A DNA stretch of 62,964 nucleotides, counting the filler, from Atractiella rhizophila (lineage: Eukaryota): NCBI GenBank assembly GCA_021432655.1. It is 5 parts of 5 records of this genome, joined end to end, with 100 filler letters (N's around TTAATTAATTAA, not from the genome) between each part and the next. Parts side by side here need not be neighbours in the genome. Positions count along the whole stretch, not along the records: positions 39,584 to 59,149 come from MU271850.1; 4 more parts are not named here. One strand, given 5' to 3'. Positions 40,388 through 53,707 of this stretch are shown piece by piece. Each line of letters starts with the position of its first letter. The stretch's first letter is position 1. The translations under genes were made by a program, and so were the position numbers. Below the pieces are notes generated by a model. The model was given only the letters and a program-made list of their open reading frames with translations, made no database searches and had not been told where the DNA came from.

Positions 40388-43300
40388 ATGGACTCATATT
40401 CGAACGTATGGGCAGACCCACCAACACCCTCCCAGCCAAAAGCGCCAGCAGCGAGCTCAAGCACACTCGATTCCTTCTCCCCGCCGAATGTCGATCATGC
40501 GACGACTCATGGGCAGTCGTGGAGTCGTCCAATCCAGATGCAGGAGGAAGAGGAAGTCTGGGGGGCACCTGCAAGTTCCTCTCGTGCTCGATTTTCAGCG
40601 GATGCAAGTGGGGGAAGCGGGGATGACGGGTTTGAAGAAGCGAGCTTCGCAGATCCTGCGACCAGCGTTGCGAATGAAAAGCAGGAGAAAGAATGGGGAA
40701 CGTTTGGAGAGGATGTAAACATCTCTTTTGGCGCTTCTGCGGAGGACAATTTAGAAACTAAGTCGTCACCTCTTCGAAATGCTGCCTCGACATTCGCAGC
40801 CCACCACAACCTGCCAACATGGGACAGCACAACCGAGCGTACAGCATGGGAAGCGACTTCCGCTCCTCTTGCCCTACCTTCCGAGCCGACTCCGTCAAGT
40901 TCCAGCGGATGGGAGCGACGGACCTCGCTCGATCTCGAAGTTTCGCTCTCTCGGCCCGCATGGGAGAGCTCAGCTCCTCCCAAAGTCTCCTTGGAGCCTC
41001 TTCCCGAGATCGCAGCGGTTTCACCGTCGCGGTGGGACAGTAGAGCAGAGCGCGAATTCACAGAGGACGAGCGGCCGGCATGGCAGATACCCGCTTCTTC
41101 CAATCCGTCCTTGGACCCTCAACCGACGACGACGACTTCGAGTGCATGGGAACATCGAACGTCTCTCGATCTCGAGGTCGAGCTCGATCGACCGACATGG
41201 GAGAGCTCTGGTCCACCCAAAGTCGCGTTGGAGCCTGTTCCAGAGGTTGAACCGCCTGTCGTGTCTAGGACACACCATCGATGGGAAAGTCGAGCCGAAC
41301 GAGAATTCGTCGTCATGGATGAAGGTCCAGCATGGGAGTCGGGAATGGATATGAAGGGACAGTTGAAGGAAGAGGAGCGGACTAACACGGCGTGGACGAG
41401 TCAAGCTGAAAAGGAGTTTCAGCTTCAGTCTGAGATGCCTTCATGGGAGAGTGGGGTGGGCAATCCTAATGGCGGCGCGAAGCAGGTTGAGGCTGGAGTG
41501 GCAGGGGGGTTTGGAGAATTGTTGGAGAAGGAAATGAAAGGGGAGGTAAAGGAGAAAGAGGCTGGAGAGGAATGGGGAGCTGTTTCGTTGAAAGAGAGGA
41601 AGGAGAGAGAACCAAAGAATGTGGTACGCTTCTTCTTGATTTCTGGAATCGGGATGAGTAGATGACCGTTGGCTTTCGCGTCCTTGCTGAGTAGCCTGCT
41701 GCGCTTATTGACAAACTGCAACGCGAATTGGCAAGTTTTGCGAAGGAGGTTAATTCTGCAGAGTTGAAAGAAGATGCATTCGACAAGACATCTTTTGTTT
41801 CTGATCTCGGTTCTTTAATACGCAATAAAGATGAGCTGTGCGTCTCTCGCTCTTTCCTATCTCACCCCTCCCGATCATGTGTGCTTATTCCGCCAACAGA
41901 AATCAACTATTCCATGACCTCACTCGCCTGCCTCCCCTTGAACCAATCACGAAGGCTGCTCTCTTTGAAAGTTCCACTCGCAAACGTCAGACCCAAGCCA
42001 TCGTGAAAACAGCCTCCAACGCAGCCGAAATCCTCATCGGCACCTCCCGCATCCCAACCGGGCGTTTCGCGTCCTCTACTCTCGCATTCAACCGCCCACG
42101 GGTCTCTGCATCTTACTTCGAAGACACGCCGTCGCCCATCAAGAATAGCTTCGCGCCATCTCTGGCGGAGACGAAGGAAGCTCACAACCCTCCGCCTGGA
42201 GAGAAGGAAGGGAAAGGCTTATTTGGAGGCCTGTTTGGGGGGAAGAGAGGAAGCATGTCCCTCAGTGGGATCAGCGTGCCTTCCTTGTTGGCAAATAGGC
42301 AGCCAAGTGAAGAGAGGGTCAGGTCGCCCACCCAATCAACATTTGGATTTGGCCGTAGTTCCTCGCCTGCTGCTCCGACTGGCGTCTCGACCCCTCCCCA
42401 AGGTACGATCTCCCCTTCCGTGAGAACATCTTCTCCTGCCCTCGAAGCAACACCAAAGTCGAGGAATATACAACCCGCCCCGTCACCTGTCATGCCTACT
42501 AAGGGCGACCTGCTCCTCGATTTTTCGGACCCTGTTGCTTCAACATCTAAGAACCCCATGACCAAATCAGCTCCTCAGCGTACAGCTTCCCCTTCAAGAA
42601 CTCATGCTTCCACAGTTTCTCGCCTTTGGGGAAGGTTTTCTCAGGCTTCCACTGCTGCAAAATCTAGAGGGGATGATGATGACGATGACAGCGATGACGG
42701 AGAAGGATATGACTATGGACGAGGTCTGATCAAGGGTGGAGGAAACACGGAAACCTGGAATTACGACGATGACGACGTTCCTCTTTCTTCGATTGCCGCT
42801 CAGGCTGGGCGAGCTCCTCAACAACCAGCAAATGATCCCTTTGACGTGTTCAACCAACCTGTTCAGCCCCCATTGCGGGCACAGACACAAGTACCACCAC
42901 ATCCTCCTCCCCCTGTTCGATCTGCTACTCAAATATCATCCTACTCAGAAGCTGGAGACGCCGAACTGGATTCAGCAGACGATGGCTTTGACGACTTCAT
43001 TTCTTCACCTAATTCCAACCCTATAGCTCAAGGCTTCGAACCCATCCGTCCGCCACCGCCCCCGAACGAGCAGTTAACGAAGGGTCACAAGCCTAGCGAT
43101 TCGATGTCTTCTTTCTTTCGCGGCCCACTTGCTTCTGGGTCTGGGCGCGGACACAACAAGACAGATAGCATGTCCTCCTTCTTTCGCGAACCGCTCAGAG
43201 TCCCGAATCACAAACCAAACATTCCTGCAACGATACCTCAATCTCCTCTGTGGGAAGAGCCTCCTTCGCTACCAGTAAATGGAAACGCAACGAACATCAA

Positions 43301-43541
43301 ACCTCAGATGCCCTTCACTTTCCCTCCTCCTATCTCGCAACCATCAACCAAACCGGCAGTCGACTTGCTGGATTTTGATGACTTCATTTCAGCCCCTACG
43401 ACTCTACCAGCACAGCCAGCTACTTCAACGGTGTCGTTTAGTGGTTCGATGCCATCTTTAACCCCAATGAAACTCACTCCCACACCACAACAAAAGCAAG
43501 GTCTGTCCAAAGCAGATTTATCTTTCTTCGAGAATCTGTAA
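40388..43541 (+). CDS. Hypothetical low-complexity protein with an internal repeat and endocytic-adaptor-like motifs
   Basis: Two long exons (425- and 567-aa ORFs) plus a short middle exon. The block WExRTSLDLEVxLxRPxWESS..RWxSRAEREF is duplicated. Motifs include DPF, DLLDFDDF and DDGFDDF, and the C-terminus is LSKADLSFFENL*. Confidence 0.75.
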
Positions 43542-43919
43542 GACTCCCACATCGTTTGTTCATGCTGTACATACCCATACTGTAGTTTCGTGACCTTGTT
43601 CGGATTGAATCAGCCTTGCATCCTCATATAGTGTTTTTTCTGCTCCAGAGTTGAATGTGAACATCAGGTGTTGTGCCTATGCAAGGCTGCAGATGTTACC
43701 AATGATCAAAAACAAGTCAAGAAATCCACTGCATGTTAAAATAAAACATTCCCTGCGACAGCTGTGACTATGTTTAAATTGAAAATGAATTGAAATGGTA
43801 TGGATAGGGGATGAAGAGGGACGGAATGTGGGATGGTGTGAATATCATTGATTAGAGATGAAAACCAAGCAAGGAGGATAACGGAGACGAGGAATATGGA
43901 CTGTGAAACAAAGCATGTC

Positions 43920-46746
43920 CTAAGCCGTTTGAGGAGGGAGCTGTTGTTGAGGTCTGGGATCAGTTGGAAGGTGACTATTCTGTGGAAGGTTGCCAGTATT
44001 CGAAGGCGTAGCAGTCCCTCCATTTGCAGCCTTCGCCGCCCTCTCTTGCGCGCGCTTCCTAATCCTCAGCACCTTCTTCCTCTTCTTGATACAACTTGCG
44101 AGTGCCGTATCTTCCCCAAAGAAGATTTTGTACTCGCAGAATGCACAGAGCCATTCGTCAACTCCGGCGAAGTAGGAGGGAAGCGATGAAGAGTAAACGG
44201 GATCGCCTGGCGTTCCAGGATGGATAGGATCGTCCGCGTTGTACGAGTTCGAATGGCTGAGTCCTCCATGCGTAGGCGTCGGAGCTGAATTAGGGAGACG
44301 GGACGGGACGTAGTTGTCTCGATGGTGGACGTTATTCGCATTGGCCAGAGCAGAACGCTTCTTCTTCCCCTTCTTAGCAGGAGGTTTAGCAGGTTCGACC
44401 GGTGGAGAGGCATCATTCTTCTCCACGTTAGTGACGGGGCGAGGTTTGGCCTTGGTCGCAGCAGGCGGCGGCGCCACTTTAGAAACTGGGGGTTTCTTCG
44501 CTGGGACCTTTCTCGCCACTTGCTTGTCGGTGACAGATCTTGCAGCAGCCTCCTTCTCAGATGCCAACCTCCTCGCCGCCTCCTCTTTCAAGACCTCTTG
44601 CGCTTTCTGTTTCGCTTTATTCAGCTTCTGAGTTTGTTCGGTCAGCGTTCGCATCCTGTTCAATACCAAAGAGGATGTCGGCTTGGTGAATGTGAAGTCG
44701 TCTTCGGGTGGCGGATTGACCGACGCCGGAGGCGGCAGGGCGAGTAGTTTAGGGAGCGGGGGTTTGAATGTGGTAGGAGAAGTGGAAGAAGGATCGTAAA
44801 GGTTAGGAAGCTTGATAGGCTTCATGAGTGCGCCGTATTTCTCCCTTTCAGCTTTCAACTCCTTCGCCTGCTTCTTTGCCGCCTTTGCCGCTCTGCTAGG
44901 ATTCCTCGCCGCTGCCGGTTGAGCGGTCGGTGCAATGATGTTCGGTTGGAGAGCGGTGAGAGGGGAGAGGGCCATGGGAGGAGAAGCGCGGAGCGATCTC
45001 TTCTCCACCACTGTCTTGTAGCGCTGCATGATGGATCCGGGGGACAGAGGAATCCTGTTCTTTGCGACTTGGGGGAGCTCGAGAGCTGACGTTTTCTTGG
45101 GAGAGGGAAGGGTAGCATCTCCTGTTCTCGTTGCGTTAGCCACTCATAACAAGGATGTCGTTTTACCTTTCAAACCTGCTTTAGCACCCGCGTTGCTCTC
45201 ATCTTTCCCTCTTCCCCCTTGCGGCCTGACTCTCGCCATATCGGGTGTGTTACGCATAGCGTCACCTCCATGACTAGCTGTAGAGACCTCCGGCACCTTC
45301 CTCTTCTTCTTATTGCCTCCACCTTGTTGCAACGATCCGTCCGAATTCCTGAATTCGTCCCTATCATCCAATCTCCCATTCACATCGCTCCCACTATCCC
45401 TCGCATCCCTTCCATCCATCTCGTCCAGCGTCCTGTCGAACAAACTCGACGGTGGTGCCCTTCCCAACTTTCTCCTTATCCCTGCATAGTCCACACCACC
45501 GAACAATCCCCCTTGCGTCGCCACCGCCGCCTTGGCGACTCCCTTCACTATTCCTTCCACGCTGGAGAAGATAGCGCAGTAGGTCGACGGGTCTCTACCG
45601 CTTGTTACGCCATTGAACAGCAGCGACGTTTTGATCGTAGGGGACGTTTTGACCGTGGAGGAGGTGCGCCCCTTGTTACCTGGGGTTTGGGGTGAGCAGT
45701 TGACGGTGGAAGGGACAGAAGAGGCGGTAAGGTCGACGCTGCTCTTTTCGGAATGGTCGGAATCGAAGGAGGACGAGCCCATGCCTGGCGAGGTTGGGTC
45801 GGGGATGGACTCTTTGACGGACGCGGAGCGAGAGAGGATGCGCTCGATGTTGTGTGCTTGACTGGCCATGTCGAACGTTCCGTTCGTTAGGGGAGCAGGA
45901 GGGTGAGCGTGAGGGAGCGGGGGGAAGTCGGCCATGAGATGGGTTCGGTGGGTAGGAGGGTCGACGTAGTAACGACGAGGGCCTTCGTCTTCGTCCGCTT
46001 CGGGCGGATCAGCTCCATTGATGTGCATGTCCGAATGCGAGTGGATTGGAGAGATGGAGAGGGAGCCATCGGCATTGGTTTGGACGAGACCCAGCGGAGG
46101 GACATTCGGATCGGCTTCAGTGCTCATGTAAGCACTAGACATGAAGGGGTCGAAGGGTAATCCCTTGTCAGCCATCATTCCATCACCTTCATACCCATAA
46201 GTGACCTCTTCCAACGCATCCGTCCCACTGCCGGAGATGGACCTTTGATGATGGTGGTGGGATGCGTAAGAAGTGGCACCGGGAGGCGGCATATTATCGA
46301 ACTGCCGGATCAATCCAGCGAGTTCCTCTTCGTCTTCAGGTCTACTGAGCCTCTTTCTCTTCGGTAGAGGCTTGATGACCCTTCCACCACCTTGAAAGAT
46401 TTCATCGCCGAAACTGAGACCACATCATCACCCAGCAGAGGGAGGACGAACCAGCATTCGCATTCGTGTCCTGACTCCTAGCATAATCCTCGTCGAACTC
46501 TTCGTCTAAAGCTCCTGAGCCGACAGAGTTGTCGTATGCATCAGGCTTGGTTTTTGTGAGGTAGCTGTGCTTCTCCTGCATGCTTTGGAGGTCTTCTTTG
46601 GTCACCAATTCGTAGTCTCGATTGGCGCCAGTAGGGAAGTAATCGCTGGGGAGAACTATGCTGGTAGGATTGAGATACTGAGTCTGTGGAGGGGAAAGCA
46701 TTGCTCGACGAGGGGCGAAGGGTAGATTATCGATGGTGGTCGACAT
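43920..46746 (-). CDS. Hypothetical protein with a C-terminal CxxC motif
   Basis: Three ORF blocks are joined by introns. The C-terminal part has KKKRSALANANNVHHRDNYVPSRLP and DEWLCAFCEYKIFFGE, as seen in basidiomycete hypothetical proteins. Confidence 0.75.
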
Positions 46747-46930
46747 TCATGATCCTTCCTGCTTGCCTCCGCCTCTGCCTCCGCCTCAACTCAAATTTAT
46801 TGATGCACCAAACAAGAACTGCATCGCAGTTCCAGTTGTCTTTGTCAAAGTCTCAAAATTGCATGAAAGGGACCATCTATACAAAATAAAAAGGTTTGTT
46901 TCAAAGTCTCATTGCACAATGCCTGCTTGC

Positions 46931-47675
46931 TTACGCTTGCCAGATTCGCTTAATAAACTCCGTCAGTCCTGTGTCGCCAGAACATGAGTATCTTCGGTCC
47001 AAATGATCAACGAGAGTAAGGAAAGCACTGACCGATATCGTTGGTGTTGAACTGATACACTCCGACGAGCACTCCTCCCGTCAGAATCCTGACTGCCCAC
47101 TTGGCAATGGGACCGATCACAGGAAACTTTCGCTCATGAAGGTAATCCACCACACAGGAATCGAATCCCTACGCATCCATCCAGCATCATGAACACTTGT
47201 CTTTTCTGCTAGAAATGAAATAAAAGGGACGCCGTACGATATGAGAATGGAAAACGAGCGCAACGCTGAGCAGTCCGTCGAGGACGGGGTGGGCGGAAGA
47301 AACGAAAGTTGCTCCGACCATAGGTATGAGGGAGGCGGAAAGGAGTCTCTCAAACGTCCAATGATACGATCCGTGAGTGCGGGAAGGAGGTGGGAAGGTG
47401 GTAGCGTCGTTCACATCGCCCTTAATATATGCTGCAAAACCTCGTCACCGCCATCCCAACGACGCTCAGAAGGCAAAAACATACTGGGAGCAGCTTCCGG
47501 CATCTTAGAAGCAGTTGAGACAAAGGCTGTTTGTGCTACGACGTCGCCTTGTGAGCGAACAAGTACCACGATACGGATGAGGGGAGCACGAACCAGGTCG
47601 AAATTGGTTTTGTGCTGCACGGCGCAGAGCCGGCGCGAACATTTGGGCCTGGCGCTGACTTGCGATCCTCAACAT
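46931..47675 (-). CDS. SDH4: Succinate dehydrogenase cytochrome b small subunit (CybS)
   Basis: A mitochondrial presequence is followed by HGSYHWTFERLLSASLIP...DGLL...HSHI|GFDSCVVDYLHERKFP...YQFNTNDIG|LTEFIKRIWQA*. Confidence 0.95.
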
Positions 47676-47946
47676 GGTTGTGGATGCTGGAATAGAGGCA
47701 GCGAAGGGGAGCTGGGGAGAAGTGAAAGTGCCGGTTCAAATGCGTCGAAAATGATTCGCCGGCTCCCGAGTCCATCCGGTGCTTCTTCACTCACAGTCCA
47801 AATACTGGCAACCTCATGCTTTCAACCAGGTGCCTCAAGAGCGTTAGTTGTCTAGCGAGATCCACGAGGTCCTTTTCGTCATCTACAAGGTGGTTCCTAC
47901 TCATGTGGGGGATGTGATTGCTGATATAGTGTTGGGCAGCGCCAAA

Positions 47947-49059
47947 ATGAAGGTTGTCCCCGTGCCTTGCAGGAGCGATAATGTGCGCTCTCTGAAGCTT
48001 CGTAGCCGTTGCAGGCAGGAAATGACTTAAGCGGATGGTATTAGTACGCCTATCTGCTCATCGACGAGCCAACAAAGAAAGCAGCTGCCATCGGTGCGTA
48101 GTCATGGTCAGAGTTCGGCAGAGCTCAACGCCATAATAGACCCGTATGACGTGAAGAAGGTTGTCGAGACGGCAGAGAAGGAGGGAGTGACCCTTGGTGA
48201 ACTCGTCATCACCACCCGTACGTCTTTGAGTCGACCTTCTCCCCTCTTCTGATATTTGGACAAGATCATCATGAGGACCATTCAGGAGGCAACGTCGAGT
48301 TCAAGGAGAAGTATCCTTCCGCCGAGATCAGAGGAGGGTCGGATAAATGTCCAGGGATGACCAAGCAAGTAAGACAAATACATCTCTCCCCTCCAATTCC
48401 ACGCACGCTAATGAAGAGAATGAGGACAGTCGAAAGACGGCGAGACGTTCAAGTTCGGTGAACACATCACGATCAAAGCCCTAGGCACACCGTGTCACAC
48501 TCAGGATTCCATCTGCTACTTCGTCGAGGACCCGTTCACAAAGCAACGCGGCGTCTTCACCGGCGACACCCTCTTCGTCGCCGGCTGTGGGAGGTACTTC
48601 GAAGGTGAGCTAACCTCTCCCCTCCATCCATCCATCCATCCCTCCATCCATCCATCTATTCACCACGGCTGAGCATGTGCAGGAACGGGGGAAGAAATGC
48701 ACCGCGCGCTCAACGGAGTCCTAGGCGACCTTCCAGGGGACACCCTAACATACGTCGGGCACGAATACACCGCGTCCAACGCTCGATTCGCAGCGTCGGT
48801 CGAGCCCGACAACGAGGACCTGAAGAAGTTGATCAGGTTTGCGGAGGACAATCAAGTCACCACTGGCAAGTTCACCATTGCGGACGAGAAGAAGTTCAAC
48901 CCGTTCATGAGGCTGTCGAACCCGGCGGTGTTGAAGGCGACGAAGAAGAGTGGGATGGTGGAGGTTATTGATGAGCTGAGGACTATGAAGGTACGATTGT
49001 TTTCGTTTTTGCGAAAAGACATTAAAGACTCTGTTCTGCAGAACAATTTCCGTGGCTAG
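47947..49059 (+). CDS. GLO2: Hydroxyacylglutathione hydrolase (glyoxalase II)
   Basis: MKVVPVPCRSDN|YAYLL..., THHHEDHSGGN, TPCHTQDSICY, FTGDTLFVAGCGR, GHEYT, EKKFNPFMR. Confidence 0.95.
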
Positions 49060-49382
49060 TCTAAAATATTCAAGTCGAAAAGCAAAATCGGGTCTTGTAT
49101 TCCTAAGAATCAAAATAAAATGGAACCTACGTGCTACTCAGTACTACATCAGCGTTTCGTGCATGTCGCGCGGCCGTACCAGTGTACCCGTCAATGCAAA
49201 TCACATTGTCTCACCACTCCAGGTTTTATTTACCACTTTCGAGCAAGGTCTTGGACAGGATTTGGAGCACGGATATTTGTTTGGGAATAGTTCATGGTTA
49301 TTGAAGGCCATACAAGAGCAGGAACACAACACGACGAAAAACGAAGCATAGACACAATCCAAAAGTTCGACAGCACACGCGC

Positions 49383-49995
<613 letters not shown>

Positions 49996-50339
49996 ATTCG
50001 ATTGGTGTGGGTAGGTACAGTAGTTCCTTAGTGCTGTAGGTGTTGGGTGAGATTGATGGTGGGAGGAAGAAGGTCGCGGTTGGTTTATGAAGGGGACGGA
50101 GTTGATGATTTTCTGATGATGAATTCGCGGCGTGACAGAAAAACATGAGAGCTCCACCTTCTATAAAAGGAAATCCAAGCACGTGCATACCTATGAATTA
50201 ACTTCATCCATCAACGAACATCAACCGGCGCGTCCTTCAAAAGGTGCACGACGTTCTGTCGAACCCCATCTGCCACTACAAATTTACATCCAACACCCTC
50301 AAGCAACCACCACCACTCCCAAACCAATAACTGATCAAC

Positions 50340-50390
50340 ATGTCTACCGCTGGAGGAAAAGCTGGAAAGTCTGGAGGAAAGTCTGGTGCT
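50340..50390 (+). CDS. HTA1: Probable histone H2A first exon/5' fragment; the remainder is not visible
   Basis: MSTAGGKAGKSGGKSGA lies divergent from H2B across a ~345-bp promoter, the canonical fungal H2A-H2B arrangement. No histone-fold exon (AGLQFPVGR) follows before the gap. Confidence 0.6.
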
Positions 50391-52765
50391 GTACTTATAG
50401 GCAAACAGTATTCGCCAGCGTCTTACTGGTGCGTATCCGCCTCCTCCAAACGGAAAGTGGAAGCCCGCGCTGGTCGTTTTCCATAGATGTTGTTGCTTAG
50501 TCGCGCCTCACTCCCAAACTCCCTTCGTGTCATGGACGTAGGTAGGATATGTCAAGGAAGTCTGTCGGAAAGACTAGGCAAGGTGGTTTATAGGTGTCTA
50601 GGCTTAGCTGTTATGTTGGCGATACACGGGACTTCACAGCTCAACCACAGAACGGCACTGAACCTCGGAACGAGGTTATGTAACGGCATCTTCCCTGCCC
50701 TGGTAGCTGTAGTCGCACTCCCTCCTCTACCCTGGTGTGCAAGCAGAATCGCTTCCTTCCCTGTAACAGCACATGTTCTACCACACGATAAGACAGGAAG
50801 AGGGAGAGGTAGAGTACTGCTCAAACCCAGGAGCTAGCTCACGCTTGGAGCCGAACATTTGCCGCAAGTCGCTCTAGCCTAACGTCTCTTTTGCAAGCGA
50901 GCAGAGCTGACCTACTAACCAACCATGCACCTCTCAGCTTCGCTCCTCACCTTCAGCTCCTCTACAGCGCACTAGCCCTGCTACCTTGGAAATGGTTCGA
51001 ACCTCTGGAGCCCCAAACCCAAACCCTGACCCTAACCCTAAACCTGGCGCAACGAACTGCGCTTCCCCAGCATCCCCTTCCTCCTCCTAACCATCTTACG
51101 AATCTCGACCCTTCTCTTCTACCACTGCTGCGAGGCAGCACGAACGAGACGCTGCTATCCGCAACCCGTCGACCTCCTGCGGAACCTGATGGTAGGCCTA
51201 GACATTGCGCTGCCTGAAGAACATCGACACCTACCCGGAATCAACCGCACAGTCTGTTCCTCCACCGAGCTACCTGTCCGGCAAAGCGCCCTTCGAGTTC
51301 GAACAGGTCCTGTAGGTACGACCTGCTCAGGTGCAGCCGTAGGGGATGGGACGCCAGTAGGAGGCTCAATAGTTGGAGCACTCCACTTAGAGACCTCCTG
51401 GTTAGGCTTTAGCGTCCCAACCTGTCTAATAATTATAACATTACGAGACGCTCTGCGGGCAGCTTGCTCAGGCTAGAGCTTGCGCCTCGCTCGCGCGGTC
51501 AGCCGCCTGCTGAGCTCAAAAAAGCTGAGCACGAGCGCAGAGAGGAGCTCCGCTGAAAGCGCGTAAGGTGGCTTTGGGTATTCGGGTACTCCCAGAGTGT
51601 CTTCTGTCTGTCGAATGGAACCACAAGGTTGCGACGAACAACAAGACGGCACTAGTAACCGCAGCCACCGCCACCTCCTCAATGTCGCGGAACTAAGCTT
51701 CTGAACTTCTCCTTCCCTAACCTGTCTCTGCTTCTTCTCTCCACCACCCTATTCCTGCCCACAGAGCTTGGATGGGTTGCTTCCTCTAGGCAATTTCTTC
51801 GATAGCTTTTCGCCGCTTCGGAAAGAACTTATTATAGCTTCAAAGAATGGACTTAGAGGGGCTCTAGCGAAAACAACCGGTCATCCACCTGACTATTCTT
51901 AGAGGACGCTCAGTTTTCCGTACCGCCTTCTCCCGTCGCATCCTCTTCAGCGTGAACAAAAACCCCCTCTACAGGACTTTGTAGAGTTTTTTACAAGAGG
52001 AACGGCAGGTTCAAAGGTGTCCAGACCCAGATGGGATCTCCATGAGCGTTGAAGACCGACCCGAATCTTTTGCTCTGAGTCGAGTCTCTACCGTACGTAG
52101 CACTGTAGTTTGCCTGACTACCCCATAAACCCGTTCGTATCTAGTATGACACGTATTCGTTCTGCCTTATTGTGTTGGTTCTTCTGTGCTTCTGTCGTAC
52201 TTGTCGTCGCATACCTGTTAGTGTTGAGGACCCTGAACGGAGGGAAGAACCATCAGCACCGTGGAAGAAGAGGGAAGAAGAACCTTCGCCCATCTTCAAG
52301 GATTAGTGCGTATTGAGTCGGTTGGACACTATTGGTTCTGCGGTTGATGCATGCCGTACCTACAACCCTTATTGTGGTGGAACGCTCTAGTGCTGCACAG
52401 GTCGTCTGCCAACTCAAGGAGCAGTAAGAAGTTGTAGGTTAGTCGTCGCGTGAAGTCCTTTTTACCTCTTGTATGAGCCTACCGCTCAACTTCCACTGCT
52501 CCTTATTATGCTCAGAAGAACAATAGTGCTCGTCGTAAAGGTCGCTCGAGTTCTTAGAGTCGCCTCTCCATAAGTTCCTGTCGCCGTTCCATTTGTCCCC
52601 GTGGACATGCTTAATATATAAGTTGTGTTTAGGAGACTTTTTTTTTCTTTGCATGGTCGAGGCTATGCGACTCGCATCAATGGGAAGGAGTCTTCTGCTA
52701 CCTATGCTGGCTGCCCCTTGACTTCTGGACGAAACCGTCTGGCGCTGACAACTCGGAAGAGTCGA
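50391..52765 (+). mobile_element. ~2.4 kb decayed insertion following the H2A 5' exon
   Basis: No intact ORF. A stop-riddled frame starts at ATG 50992 (MVRTSGAPNPNPDPNPKP...). A T-tract and hairpins lie near the 3' end, which runs into an N gap. Confidence 0.5.
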
Positions 52766-52830
52766 NNNNNNNNNNNNNNNNNNNNNNNNNNNNNNNNNNN
52801 NNNNNNCTCTTATTACTTTGATATTAACAG

Positions 52831-53707
52831 AAGACGCAGTATCGTATACCTGGTGCAAACCATTCGTATCTGGCGAGATTCCATCTCCACGACGAGCGCA
52901 CACAACAGTCTTACATCAAGGTCGGATCATTGTGTTTGGAGGAGGGAATGGTAACAGCGCACTCAACGACGTCTTCGCGCTCGACCTGACTGATGTTGAT
53001 AACCTCACCTGGACCGAACTGAAGACGACAGGAAAGCGGCCGGTTGCAAGAGGGTATCACTCGATGGATTTGGTGAAGAATAAGTGCATTGTGTTTGGAG
53101 GAAGTGACGGTTCGGAATGCTTCTCTGACTTTCACATCCTTGACCTTGGTCAGCCCTCCACTTCCCCTTTCGACTATACATCTAACAGAGGATAATCAGA
53201 AACGTTGGTCTGGTCTCAGCTTGACGTGGAAATTAGCCCTCTGGGCAGAATGCCTCGTCTCAGCCATTCCTCAACCCTGATTGGACCTTACCTCTTCATT
53301 TTTGGCGGGCACGATGGCACGGACTACAAGAACGACGTTCATACATTCAATCTAGGTGAGTTTCACAACGATCGCTGCCTTCCACTGAGCCTGCATTGTT
53401 TACAGTCACACTTCAATGGGAACCACGGCCAGTTTGCGGTGCTAGCCCATCCTTGCGCGGATATCACAGTGTAGTTCTATACGATTCCAGGCTCATCGTC
53501 ACAGGAGGTTTCGACGGCAGCCGTTGTTTCAGGTAAGTAGCGTTCTATGCAAACTTCCCCGTGGCTCATTCCTCCCGTTAGTGACGTTCACATCCTTGAC
53601 TTGTCGAGCTATGCGTACTTACCTCAGGTACATATTTTCTTCCTAGACTGGTACTAGAGGCTGATCAGAGCTCGTAGGTCACGAATTTCGATTTCTTGCG
53701 TTCATGA
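52831..53707 (+). CDS. Kelch-repeat protein, 3' part
   Basis: Repeats PSPRRAHTTVL..IIVFGGGNG, ARGYHS..VFGGSDG, PRLSHSS..FIFGGHDG and RGYHSVV..TGGFDG; it ends ...YAYLPQ|VTNFDFLRS*. Confidence 0.9.

Noticed and set aside
45144..45146. In-frame TGA between two long ORFs as stop-codon readthrough
   Set aside because: It lies within a canonical intron (GTAAAA...GCTAAC...CAG).
50847..50880. Group II intron domain V (GAGCCG...GCAAGTCGC) in the H2A insert
   Set aside because: The 3' strand (ACGGTTC-like) is missing, so the domain V helix cannot form.
51011..51042. Telomere-like CCCTAACCCTAA in the insert
   Set aside because: It is explained by the PNPNPDPNPKP codons of the decayed ORF.
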